Virus record (IMG/VR): IMGVR_UViG_3300024324_000009
Span: 1 to 64,000 of that record
Reading direction: 5' to 3' (one strand)
DNA from: a virus
Length of the DNA: 64,000 nt
Shown here: one piece after another, positions 30,433 to 39,956 of the stretch
Position numbering within the stretch: position 1 is the stretch's first letter
How the letters are laid out: every line of letters begins with the position of its first letter
The notes under the pieces: model-generated
Database searches by the model: none
The model's input: only the letters and a program-made list of their open reading frames with translations
What the model was told of the DNA's origin: nothing
Program-made: the position numbers and the translations under genes

Positions 30433-33400
30433 TGAGCACACTATTTTTTGATGGCTTTGACAGAGCGTATAATGATCCAATCTTAGACCCAAAATATTGG
30501 TCGCAGGAACACATTGGATCAAACACAGAGGCTTCAAGCCCTATGTATTGTTTTGAAGGAAATGTGATTCAGTCCGGCAACAGAGGAAGTAAAGACTATC
30601 CCACTCGAAGAATTAACGGACACGGTTATTATCCTTCTACTTATCCATTTAGACTTATTACCTATCACATATCTCCTTTTGCAGCCGAACTGCCTTCTGG
30701 TCAACACTATAGCGTTTGGAATGCATATCCGGGCGTAGGCAATGCTCCGGGCTACGTAACACTAGTCAATGTAAACGCTAGGAATGAATTTGATCTTTCT
30801 CCTATAGACTATATAGCACTTACAGGTTTTGACAATGTAGCTGAAGATGCTACTTCAGCATATGTGGGATGCAGGTTTTTAGGAATAGAAACGAAAAGTC
30901 TTGATTTTGTTTCTAATCCAGACCGCTTCGGAGACAAACACCCATTGATGGCTTTCGTTAGCGGTAATCAAACAGGTGTGCTATTAAGTGTAGTCAGAGT
31001 TTCTGGTAATTGGTTCCGTAACCAGAAGATAGACGATGGGCTTTCTCCTATAACTATGGGTTTACAAGTAGAACAGAATGGTAGAGTTAGTGGAATATTT
31101 GATCTAAATGTATCTTCACTCGTTGACGATTTTCAAATACGTTCTATTGCAGATGTAGATGGTCCCAATACCATGAATGTAAACACTGGAAAAGTATTAA
31201 CAATAACTAAAAATCCTCCACCTGTTCAAAGCCAAGAGAATCAGAACTGTACACTTTCTAGATGGGCTATGATCAATGTAGAAATACAGTATGACCCAAC
31301 ACCGCTCATTTCTGTACAAGTAGAAGGAGTAGACTGTGTGGCTATACCGTTAGATGATTCTAGCGTAGATATATCAGACAGGTCCGATCCCAATCTTAGT
31401 TTTGAGATAGAAATTGAGCCTGTACCTTTTAATAAAGTAGAAATTTTTAATAGATCGTATGACTCAGATATTAAACAACCTTATTACAATAATCCTACGA
31501 ACATTATTCGCTATACTAGTAACTATTATATGGGAGGTCGTCAAATGGCAATCGATGACTTACATATAAATGACAACGCTTTACCAGAACCTACAGGCAG
31601 ATTAGGCTTAGAGGCAAGAACGGTCAGGCTTTTTCCGGGCTTCCCCGAACATTATAACACAGGACTAGGTAACGATGCTTTTTTTCCAGACGGTCTTAGT
31701 GAATGGTCTGGTTTAGATGAGGTACATGAATATATTATAGATAATACTCTGATTTTTTGCTGTGTAGAACCTCTCTCTCTAACGGGTACGTATCAAAAAC
31801 GTAATTGTGTAAAAGATAAAGACTGCTTCAAAGAAGGCTTACCTTGGGAGACAGGAACTTGCGGAGGTGGTGCTAAATACATTTACAGTTATAATTCTGG
31901 AGACATACAAACTTTTCCATACTTTGCTTATACAGATGAGGCTTTCTCTAATTTTATGTATCTCAATCTGCCTTCTTATACCACTCAAGGCTGTGATTGG
32001 ACTCCTGAAGGCGGCTACGAAGGCGATATGTCGCCTTTGCCTCCTCGTCCTTTACAATTTAATGCAGATAATGAATCTGTTTGGAGAAACTATCTTGCAA
32101 GTGGAATAGGCGGCATTAAAGTATACAATGAATACAAGAACGAATTTTTACATTCTGCTTTTGAAAATGTGTTTTTTAGTCCAGATTCAGAGAATTGGCC
32201 TCCTGTTGACCTAAACAAAACAGATGCACATCTGATTTTTGATGACAGTTTGTTTAATACTACAAATATACTTAATTCAGGAATAGCGACTACAGGAACA
32301 GAAACATTTTTTCCAGACGATAGAATGTGCTTAATAACTGGTACTGACATGATGTTTCCTGCCGATCCAGATAAATGGTCTGTGGGCAGAGGAATAAATT
32401 TTAATGGTGGACATGTATTGCCTTACATGACTAACCTAAGTCGGTATCAGTATAATATGCAAAGGTTCGGAGTCTGTGAAGAGTGCCCCGAAACAAACGG
32501 CATAGATAGATGGAGTGGGTCAGGTGTAAATTCTGGGCAGGCTTGGACTATTAGTACATGGGTCTACTTTGAGAACGAAGACGATATCATTCATTTATAT
32601 TCTAGATTTTTTGATGATGACATTAATATTTCTGGAGGTATAGATTATATTAGAGGTATGGACAGAAACCAATACTTATTTAATCTTGGTGACGATCCAC
32701 CCGGAGACCCAATTTTTCCAGACGCATACTATCTCTCTTGCGAAAATCCACCTGACCCCAATGGTGTTTCACCTGATCCTGCTTATTGGGACTGCAATGA
32801 TTATTATACTGCTACAGGAGGAATACCTTTACTGAATAGAGAGAATAATTATGGAGAATGGCAGTTTGCATTGTATGCTACTCGTTCAGGCATCAGACTG
32901 TCTACAATAGGTGCTGCTACTAATTTATATTATTATAGGTTTCAGCAAGACCCGCTACCCGGAACTGACATAAGTAACGAGTTCCCTCCTAATGACCCTA
33001 CTAGTTTTCAAAACCTAGACAGTGTTCCTTATACACAGCAGTTTCAAGGAAGCATGGAGAATCCTATAGGATACAGAGAATGGTTCTTTAGTGGAGAAAT
33101 ACCAGTTAAACAATGGTGTCACATAGAAATCAACAAATCATCAGACAGGACAGTAAGAGTTTTTGCTTCTGGTTATCCTGCAAGTGGACACCAAGTAGTA
33201 GCAGGTTCTCATGTAACCAACTGGTACAGAGGTCTTATGCAAGATATGTGTGGAGAAACTTTAACAGGGCCAACTCCTGATCTTTACAGATTTAATGCTT
33301 CTGGATTTAACTTTAACTACTACAATGCTCCCGAAGATAGGGTTCAGCCTTTTCCTTGGATAGATGTAGGCCCAATATTTAATGCTATATATCCAATAGA

Positions 33401-33722
33401 AGGAAATACTGCAATGATCGGCTACCCTAACCCTATGATAGAAGTACCAGTTAGAGTTGGAGGTGGATATTCACAAATAGCAGATTATGTGTATGTAACT
33501 GGGGAAGCTATTCATCTTTCTCAGTACCCATTACCTTCTGTACAAGTTCCTTTGCCTAAAGACTTTTATATGAGTACAGCAAACCCACTTACAGGCATTA
33601 ACAATTTAGAATGTTCCTATGACAACTATTACTTATTTCAAGACCCTGTATCTAATGATCAATGGAGTAGCGGTCTAATTGTATCAAATTCTGGTTTCAG
33701 ATTCGGAGTAAAAAAACTATGA
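30432..33722 (+). CDS. Virion protein with putative LamG/concanavalin-A-like domain(s)
   Basis: MSTLFFDGFD start; WTISTWVYF ... QWCHIEINK...VRVF resembles LamG-type folds; Cys-rich patches. Confidence 0.55.
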   Translation: MSTLFFDGFDRAYNDPILDPKYWSQEHIGSNTEASSPMYCFEGNVIQSGNRGSKDYPTRRINGHGYYPSTYPFRLITYHISPFAAELPSGQHYSVWNAYPGVGNAPGYVTLVNVNARNEFDLSPIDYIALTGFDNVAEDATSAYVGCRFLGIETKSLDFVSNPDRFGDKHPLMAFVSGNQTGVLLSVVRVSGNWFRNQKIDDGLSPITMGLQVEQNGRVSGIFDLNVSSLVDDFQIRSIADVDGPNTMNVNTGKVLTITKNPPPVQSQENQNCTLSRWAMINVEIQYDPTPLISVQVEGVDCVAIPLDDSSVDISDRSDPNLSFEIEIEPVPFNKVEIFNRSYDSDIKQPYYNNPTNIIRYTSNYYMGGRQMAIDDLHINDNALPEPTGRLGLEARTVRLFPGFPEHYNTGLGNDAFFPDGLSEWSGLDEVHEYIIDNTLIFCCVEPLSLTGTYQKRNCVKDKDCFKEGLPWETGTCGGGAKYIYSYNSGDIQTFPYFAYTDEAFSNFMYLNLPSYTTQGCDWTPEGGYEGDMSPLPPRPLQFNADNESVWRNYLASGIGGIKVYNEYKNEFLHSAFENVFFSPDSENWPPVDLNKTDAHLIFDDSLFNTTNILNSGIATTGTETFFPDDRMCLITGTDMMFPADPDKWSVGRGINFNGGHVLPYMTNLSRYQYNMQRFGVCEECPETNGIDRWSGSGVNSGQAWTISTWVYFENEDDIIHLYSRFFDDDINISGGIDYIRGMDRNQYLFNLGDDPPGDPIFPDAYYLSCENPPDPNGVSPDPAYWDCNDYYTATGGIPLLNRENNYGEWQFALYATRSGIRLSTIGAATNLYYYRFQQDPLPGTDISNEFPPNDPTSFQNLDSVPYTQQFQGSMENPIGYREWFFSGEIPVKQWCHIEINKSSDRTVRVFASGYPASGHQVVAGSHVTNWYRGLMQDMCGETLTGPTPDLYRFNASGFNFNYYNAPEDRVQPFPWIDVGPIFNAIYPIEGNTAMIGYPNPMIEVPVRVGGGYSQIADYVYVTGEAIHLSQYPLPSVQVPLPKDFYMSTANPLTGINNLECSYDNYYLFQDPVSNDQWSSGLIVSNSGFRFGVKKL

Positions 33723-36289
33723 GTATTTCACAGACCATAAATGTAGCAAATTTAGGACAAGTAGTAACTAACGCAGGAGGAATCACATTTGCTGTAGCAA
33801 CTCCTACTGGTACACTAGGTGCTATATCAACTCTTAATGTTGATGGCTTAAGCGTTAATACTGGCCTTAGATCAGTGCTTGTTAATGTTCCTTGTTCTGC
33901 TTATCAAGGTTCTTTAAATAGTGCAAGTTTTAGCTTTCGCACATTCAGGTCTTCTATTTATTTAAGTGCAGAGGGTAGGCCTCCTTTTGCTTTTGTAAAT
34001 ACTGAAGATCAACTTTTTAATTTGCAGTCACTTGCTCTCGAAAACGGCCTTAGAGTTGATGACTATGTTATATTCAATGCTGATGATCCCTTGTCTGATT
34101 ATAAGATAGGAGATGCCGCACTTTTTATCGGGCCTATTGCCGAACCTCCTGCTGAGAATGCTTGGGTTAGATATCCCGGTGGTATAACTAGTGCTCCTAT
34201 AAACCCATCTACCCCTGTTGCTTCAACCGGAGTTAAAGTAGATGGTAAACTGGTTACTAATGACACGGCCCTTCCTAATAACGCAGGGGCTTGGAACATT
34301 ATGCCGAAAACTGAAAGTAGCTACAGCTACGACATATCAGCTAATGGCTTTATTAATATAGATGTTACAGATGTTGTTAAGGAGATAACAGATCAGCCTC
34401 TTTGGGAAAAGAATAATCAACTATCTATAATTTTTGAACCAGAAGGCAATGATGGGGACTACCTATTTGACATGGGTGTAAGTTCAAGTCAGTTTACATT
34501 TACGACAGACCACAACCCCGTCCCACCATTTAAACCACAAGATATTCAGATTCAATCAGAATATCGAGCATTGGCTGTCACTTGGGAGCCTCCACTTGAT
34601 GATGGTGGTTCTCCAGTAATTGGATATGCTTTTGAATATAGGTCAGAATCAGAACAAGAATGGACTTCGACACTTGGGACTAGTGCAGATGAGCGTTACT
34701 ACAATATAGAAGGTCTTACTCCGGGCATATACTACTATGTTAGAATAGCAGCAGCAAACGAGATAGGCTTAGGAGATTGGGCTACTCCCACCACTCCCGA
34801 AAAACCAAACAATAATGCCCCGGTTCCCATTAACTCCTTGGACTTTAATAGTGCTAACCCTATTCGGGTTAGAATTAGAAGAGACTACTCAGCAGCATGG
34901 GACGCAGCAGACCCAGTGTTAGCCATTGGAGAGCCGGGGTATGTTTTAGATACTAACTTTATGAAAGTAGGAGACGGTCTTAGTAGCTGGACAGGATTAG
35001 GCTATGTCCAAGTCCCAGATAGTACTATTAATTTCCCTCCTCCACCAGATGTGTTTCTAAAAGTAAACGACAATGAGTTCGCTGCTTCTCCTGTAGTAGA
35101 GGTTAATCTTTCAAAAAGTCAACCTTTAACTATCAAAGCTGAAAATGGCATTAAGGCAGAATATAGCAACACCTATAAAACTGTTACTATGTCTTTAGAA
35201 ACTACTTTTAATCCTATACAAAGCGGTACGATTTCGAATCCTGAAGCATTAGGTTCTCAAGGGTCAGTCAGGTACGACAATGAAAGAATATTTATTTGCG
35301 TAGAAGAAAACTTGTGGAAGAGAGTATTACAAGATCAGCCTTGGTTTAATGTCGTTCCAATATCTGTTAGCGATGGTGCTGGGCAATACCCAAGTAATAC
35401 AGTCATATCAGCAGACGGTGCAATAGTACAAGTTCAGTCTAATGGTGATCCCTATCCAGCAAAAGCAGGTACACCTCTTGTTAATGACGGGTTGACTCCT
35501 AGAGGTGGATTTCTTGGAGGCTATATACCAGCAAGTCAAAATTATGACTTCGCTATTCTGTACAATGGTGGTGAATCTAATAGCAATCCTCAATTAGTTT
35601 CAGAAAACCCTATCGCAGTCACAGTCAACGGAGTGGTTATCAAGTCTTCTAAATATTCTGGAGACATAGACATTTTTTCTCCTCCAAATAACTTTGAATA
35701 TGACATGCCGTTTTGGACAAATTATTTTGGTATAGACGGTTGTAACGGTTTAGTATTAGATGATCTAGTTTATGTCTATTATGGAGGACGCTTCGTTAAT
35801 CAGTGTTGGAACACCAATAAGTTTTATGAGTCTAATGAGTATTTTAATGACACAAACTTTGCTGGAGACTATATTAGACATAATGATGGTCACTCAAAAA
35901 TCGTAGGAATAGCATTTGATGGCTATCCTATATATGGACCGTTCGGCTATTCTGACCCACTTAATACCAATTCTAATGTAAGACGCATAGCTTCTTCTTA
36001 CAGGAAACTTGCTACAGATGCTCATAGACCTAACGGATTTAAGTATAATAATTCTTATGTTATAGAAGATGTTACATATACTTTAATAGCCGGTGCGTTT
36101 GTGCAAGACTATCAGTTCGATACCACGTTTGGCGATTTGGATGAATATAATGGCCGATATTGCAAGACTCCAGAATACCCGAATGGCACTTATGCATACT
36201 TTTTGACGTTCTCTGACGACGAATTGCTTTATCCTGCATATCCTTATATAATTGGTACTAGCACTAGGGAGCAGCGTAGTGTATTATAG
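33719..36289 (+). CDS. Multidomain virion protein: FN3 + Mtd_N-like + YHYH-family C-terminal domain
   Basis: FN3 (VTWEPPLDDGGSPVIGY...GLTPG..YYVRIAAANEIGLG, ~34520-34800); Mtd_N-like (RRD...W...DPVLAIGEPGY..DT...KVGDG, ~34860-35010); YHYH-family (GHSKIVGIAFDGYPIYGPFGY...DLDEYNGR...TPEYPNGTYAYF). Confidence 0.75.
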   Translation: MSISQTINVANLGQVVTNAGGITFAVATPTGTLGAISTLNVDGLSVNTGLRSVLVNVPCSAYQGSLNSASFSFRTFRSSIYLSAEGRPPFAFVNTEDQLFNLQSLALENGLRVDDYVIFNADDPLSDYKIGDAALFIGPIAEPPAENAWVRYPGGITSAPINPSTPVASTGVKVDGKLVTNDTALPNNAGAWNIMPKTESSYSYDISANGFINIDVTDVVKEITDQPLWEKNNQLSIIFEPEGNDGDYLFDMGVSSSQFTFTTDHNPVPPFKPQDIQIQSEYRALAVTWEPPLDDGGSPVIGYAFEYRSESEQEWTSTLGTSADERYYNIEGLTPGIYYYVRIAAANEIGLGDWATPTTPEKPNNNAPVPINSLDFNSANPIRVRIRRDYSAAWDAADPVLAIGEPGYVLDTNFMKVGDGLSSWTGLGYVQVPDSTINFPPPPDVFLKVNDNEFAASPVVEVNLSKSQPLTIKAENGIKAEYSNTYKTVTMSLETTFNPIQSGTISNPEALGSQGSVRYDNERIFICVEENLWKRVLQDQPWFNVVPISVSDGAGQYPSNTVISADGAIVQVQSNGDPYPAKAGTPLVNDGLTPRGGFLGGYIPASQNYDFAILYNGGESNSNPQLVSENPIAVTVNGVVIKSSKYSGDIDIFSPPNNFEYDMPFWTNYFGIDGCNGLVLDDLVYVYYGGRFVNQCWNTNKFYESNEYFNDTNFAGDYIRHNDGHSKIVGIAFDGYPIYGPFGYSDPLNTNSNVRRIASSYRKLATDAHRPNGFKYNNSYVIEDVTYTLIAGAFVQDYQFDTTFGDLDEYNGRYCKTPEYPNGTYAYFLTFSDDELLYPAYPYIIGTSTREQRSVL

Positions 36290-36321
36290 GGTAGTAACTT
36301 TTACCGAAAGGGCTAATAAAT

Positions 36322-36846
36322 ATGTTTGATCATTTAATAACTCCTGCTTTTAAGAACCTTTACAAAGAAGCTATTGATACGCTTATAGTCAACAGCACCA
36401 ATTCTTTAACTGTACCTTGCAAGTTTATATATGACAGTGTAGAACGCAAACTGTGTCCTAATTGTGTATTTGATCCTATACAGCAAAGATCACTCAATAA
36501 GTACAACGGTAGCGGGCCAGCACCTTTTCCTGATCAGAGCATATGCCCTGTCTGTGGTGGATATGGCTTTAGCAACATAAGGAATGAAGAGGTAGCACAC
36601 ATGGGTATTATATTTGACAGTAAGTACTGGATGAACTGGGGTTCTAACTCAGTTAATATTACAGAAGGCATGGTGCAAAGTTTGTCAACTATAAAACTTT
36701 TTAATCAAATTAAAAACTGTAGAGAAATGATTATGGATACTAATCTTTCTCATCTTGGTAACTATAATTATACCAGAGCGGGAGAACCTGAACCAGCAGG
36801 TCTAGGGGATCATATCTACTTAATTACTATGTGGAAAAGATTATGA
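36322..36846 (+). CDS. Putative head-closure/neck protein with two CxxC motifs
   Basis: CPNC and CPVCGG; first gene of the neck-terminator-tube run. Confidence 0.5.
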   Translation: MFDHLITPAFKNLYKEAIDTLIVNSTNSLTVPCKFIYDSVERKLCPNCVFDPIQQRSLNKYNGSGPAPFPDQSICPVCGGYGFSNIRNEEVAHMGIIFDSKYWMNWGSNSVNITEGMVQSLSTIKLFNQIKNCREMIMDTNLSHLGNYNYTRAGEPEPAGLGDHIYLITMWKRL

Positions 36847-37478
36847 AATTTGAAGTTACAATACAAGAAACAACTAACCAAATATCTAAAGAGATACTTA
36901 ATGCTATTTTAAAAGAAATGTCAAAGTCTTGGTTTAAAGGCACACAGGCTATTACTAAAGGTCTACCTACAGTAGTAATAGACGGTATAAAGTCTCAACC
37001 AGAATACAGTGCTTTGCTTTCCGGTCAGTTGAAATTTGAATTTGGTCTTACTAATGCAATTACAAAAGTTGAAGAGATTATTAATATTTGGGCAAATAAC
37101 ATTGCACTGACAAACTCTCCTCCTAAAATACGAGGTTCGCAAATAACAGCGTCTTATTCGATCAGTATGATAAAGTCAGATTACAGCGATGTACTTTCAG
37201 CCCCTGCTGCTAAACAATTAATTGATGGAGGTAATTTACCTTGGCTAAATTGGTTATTGACCGCAGGTGGCAGTATTTTAGTTCCGTCTTATGATGTAGA
37301 ATTTGGGCCAAGTTCACGGTCTCGTACAGGTGGTGCTATTATGGTAAAAGGTGGTAGTTACCGAGTTGACCCAAAATATGCTGGAACACTAGGGAATAAT
37401 TGGATTACAAGAGCCGTTGGAAGTGTAAATAACAATATAGAAGAACTTATCACAACATCATTGAGGTCAGCATTATGA
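36843..37478 (+). CDS. Putative neck/tail completion protein
   Basis: Likely start is ATG 36843 (ATGA overlap); LPWLNWLL..G and SRTGGAIM...GT..NNWITRA motifs; lies between the putative closure and terminator genes. Confidence 0.45.
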   Translation: MKFEVTIQETTNQISKEILNAILKEMSKSWFKGTQAITKGLPTVVIDGIKSQPEYSALLSGQLKFEFGLTNAITKVEEIINIWANNIALTNSPPKIRGSQITASYSISMIKSDYSDVLSAPAAKQLIDGGNLPWLNWLLTAGGSILVPSYDVEFGPSSRSRTGGAIMVKGGSYRVDPKYAGTLGNNWITRAVGSVNNNIEELITTSLRSAL

Positions 37479-38563
37479 ATGAAGATTGTTCATGTAGTAA
37501 CGACATAGGCTTTAGTAAAGTAGATGAAATAGGCCCAAGTCAGCTAATTAACCAATTAGAAGAAAATATGAAGGCATTTCTAGACTACGGATTCCTCGAT
37601 ATAGGAGGTTTTGTTAATGTCCACTATTCTACTAGCGGGCTTTATGGAGGAAGTTTCGACAGATTGATGCCAAATGCTGAACCACCTTTTACTGATGGTA
37701 GAATGTACAGAACCCCTAAAAAAGATATAGTTTATGAGTCTGGTATGTCGTATAACGGAATTTCGCCCATTCCTGTTACTGGAGTTATCATCGATAATCA
37801 GTTCATTCCCGGTCCTACAGGCAATTCTCAGCATGGGTTTACAATTAACTATCCAGAAGGCTATGTTTTATTTAACCAGCCTTTAGATAGCAACGTAGAG
37901 GTTTACATGGCTTATTCCTACCGTTGGATACAGGTTTATAAAAGCAGTGCTAGTCCATATTGGAAAGAATTACAAGAACTTAGCTATAAACCCGGAGGTA
38001 TTCATGGCGGTCCCGGTGCTGTTCCTGATTCTCACCCTAGTGATGGAGACCATTGTCCTCCTATGCCAGTGTACAACGGCAACTGTGAATATGTCAACCC
38101 TAACCTGATAGATGCTAACGGAGCAGCACAATACACAGGCTATAGCAACTCACTTAATCATAACCTACAGATGCCCTGTATTGTGGTAGAGCCAGTAGCT
38201 AGAAGTGATGCAAAACCATATCAGTTAGGATGTGTTGATCATTGGATCGACCAAGATATTCTTTTGCATGTGTTTGCAGAAAATGGCATAGATAAAAATA
38301 GAATCTGTGACATAATTAGATTACAGAGAAATAAGACTATCTGCCTGTATGATCAGAACAAAGTGGCTAATAGCGGTGCAAGCCCTCTCAACTGGGATGG
38401 AAGCATTAATCAAAACGGCCTAAATTATCCATCGCTAGTTACGGATAACGATTATATTTTTACAAAATGCTATTTTAAAGACATTAAATTAATGGATATG
38501 GAAAGTTCAAATAAAAATTTGTATTGGTGTACAATAAGGGTAACAACAGAGGTTATTTTGTAG
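37475..38563 (+). CDS. Putative tail terminator/completion protein
   Basis: QMPCIVVE...YQLG...DILLHVFAE...DII pattern directly upstream of the tail tube gene. Confidence 0.5.
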   Translation: MNEDCSCSNDIGFSKVDEIGPSQLINQLEENMKAFLDYGFLDIGGFVNVHYSTSGLYGGSFDRLMPNAEPPFTDGRMYRTPKKDIVYESGMSYNGISPIPVTGVIIDNQFIPGPTGNSQHGFTINYPEGYVLFNQPLDSNVEVYMAYSYRWIQVYKSSASPYWKELQELSYKPGGIHGGPGAVPDSHPSDGDHCPPMPVYNGNCEYVNPNLIDANGAAQYTGYSNSLNHNLQMPCIVVEPVARSDAKPYQLGCVDHWIDQDILLHVFAENGIDKNRICDIIRLQRNKTICLYDQNKVANSGASPLNWDGSINQNGLNYPSLVTDNDYIFTKCYFKDIKLMDMESSNKNLYWCTIRVTTEVIL

Positions 38564-38619
38564 TCAAGGCACTACATTCTTTTTTCCAACCAAAATCGAA
38601 ATACTGGAGACAAATACTC

Positions 38620-39741
38620 ATGGCTAATAATAGAATTTTTTATGCTTGCCACAATGTTCAAATTTGCGGTCCTTCTGGAACCACAACAGCAGAGAACGAA
38701 ACGTGGTATACAATACAAGGTGCTCAGAGCGTAGGCATGAACACCTCCTTTAATCTAGAAGCAGTTTATCAACTAGGTCAGTTGAGTCTTTATGATAACT
38801 ATGAAGAAACTCCAGAAGTTGAAATCACAGTTAATAAAGTACTTGACGGTCAACCAACGATGTATCAAAAATCAATGGGTCAGGGTAATCTTGCTGAACT
38901 TGCCAACAATCGTTGTGGCATTAAACTGAACATTTATCCTGATACAGACGTTCGTACTACAGGAGTACCTGTAGCCTCTGTTTTGTGTCAACCTTCTTAT
39001 CTTAGTACCGTAACTTACACATTCCCAACTGAAGGTAACTTCACAGAAGAATGTACTTTTGTAAGTAATGATAAAGTATGGTTGAGGAAAGAAACTGACT
39101 ATGATTGGTCTTCTGATGTTGACAGTGCTCCACAGTATCAGTCACCATCCGGTATTGGTATCATGCGTAGACAGGCATTCTCAAAAGATACTAGCATCTT
39201 TCCAACAGGAAACGATCCACTCATTCCAACACGGTTTGCTGAAAGCGGTGGAATCCCAGAAAGTATGCGTTTCAACAACATCACTGTAAGTATGAACCTT
39301 GGTCGTGAAGAAATTCGTGAACTTGGTCGCCGTACTCCTTTCTATCGTTACATTAGCTTCCCTGTTGAAGTAACATGCGAAATCGAATGTACTGCTAATA
39401 CTGGTGATATGGTTGGTACTGCTGAAGGTGCAGATGGATGTAACACTCCTAAGTTGCTTTCAGAAAAAGAAATCGTTCTTGACTTCTGCGATGGTATGAA
39501 AATTGATCTCGGTCTTAAGAACAAACTACAAAGTGTTAACTACACTGGCGGTGATACTGGTGGTGGCAACGTGCTTATCACTTACAGCTACAGTAATTTT
39601 AATGACTTTACCTACGAAGGTCCAGACCGTGGTAAGTCTGACATTAATGCTGATGCTAGCAACTTCCAGAGCTCTGGTCCGGGTAACACAGACACCTTGA
39701 CAGACGGTGAAGCAGTTGATGATGCTGCAACACCAGCGTAA
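38620..39741 (+). CDS. Major tail tube protein
   Basis: Likely start is ATG 38620 (GGAGA RBS at 38606-38610; MANNRIFYA). GAQSVGMNTSFNLEAVYQLGQL and ITVSMNLGREEIRELG...FPVEVT are tube-like beta motifs; it precedes the chaperones and TMP. Confidence 0.7.
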   Translation: MANNRIFYACHNVQICGPSGTTTAENETWYTIQGAQSVGMNTSFNLEAVYQLGQLSLYDNYEETPEVEITVNKVLDGQPTMYQKSMGQGNLAELANNRCGIKLNIYPDTDVRTTGVPVASVLCQPSYLSTVTYTFPTEGNFTEECTFVSNDKVWLRKETDYDWSSDVDSAPQYQSPSGIGIMRRQAFSKDTSIFPTGNDPLIPTRFAESGGIPESMRFNNITVSMNLGREEIRELGRRTPFYRYISFPVEVTCEIECTANTGDMVGTAEGADGCNTPKLLSEKEIVLDFCDGMKIDLGLKNKLQSVNYTGGDTGGGNVLITYSYSNFNDFTYEGPDRGKSDINADASNFQSSGPGNTDTLTDGEAVDDAATPA

Positions 39742-39789
39742 GTTGATAGAAAGTAAGATTTAGCCAAGGATAAATAGCTCGGAGGAAAA

Positions 39790-39948
39790 ATGGACGAAGT
39801 ATTTCAACACCTTGGGCGACTGTACTACGATGTGGTGCAGTCGCAAAAGGTTATCGAAAATTTAAAGCAACAACTAGAAGAAGCCAATAAAGAAGTACAG
39901 GCTTTAAAACAGGCAGGACAAACCCAAGACATACTATCAGACAATTAA
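39790..39948 (+). CDS. Small coiled-coil protein (52 aa), absent from the ORF track
   Basis: GGAGG RBS at 39781-39785; MDEVFQHLGRLYYDVVQSQKVIENLKQQLEEANKEVQALKQAGQTQDILSDN; fills the gap between two genes. Confidence 0.75.
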   Translation: MDEVFQHLGRLYYDVVQSQKVIENLKQQLEEANKEVQALKQAGQTQDILSDN

Positions 39949-39956
39949 GGATAACA

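Noticed and set aside
36322-39741. Contractile tail (sheath) gene
   Set aside because: No sheath-sized or sheath-like gene lies next to the tube gene; one elsewhere in the genome cannot be excluded.
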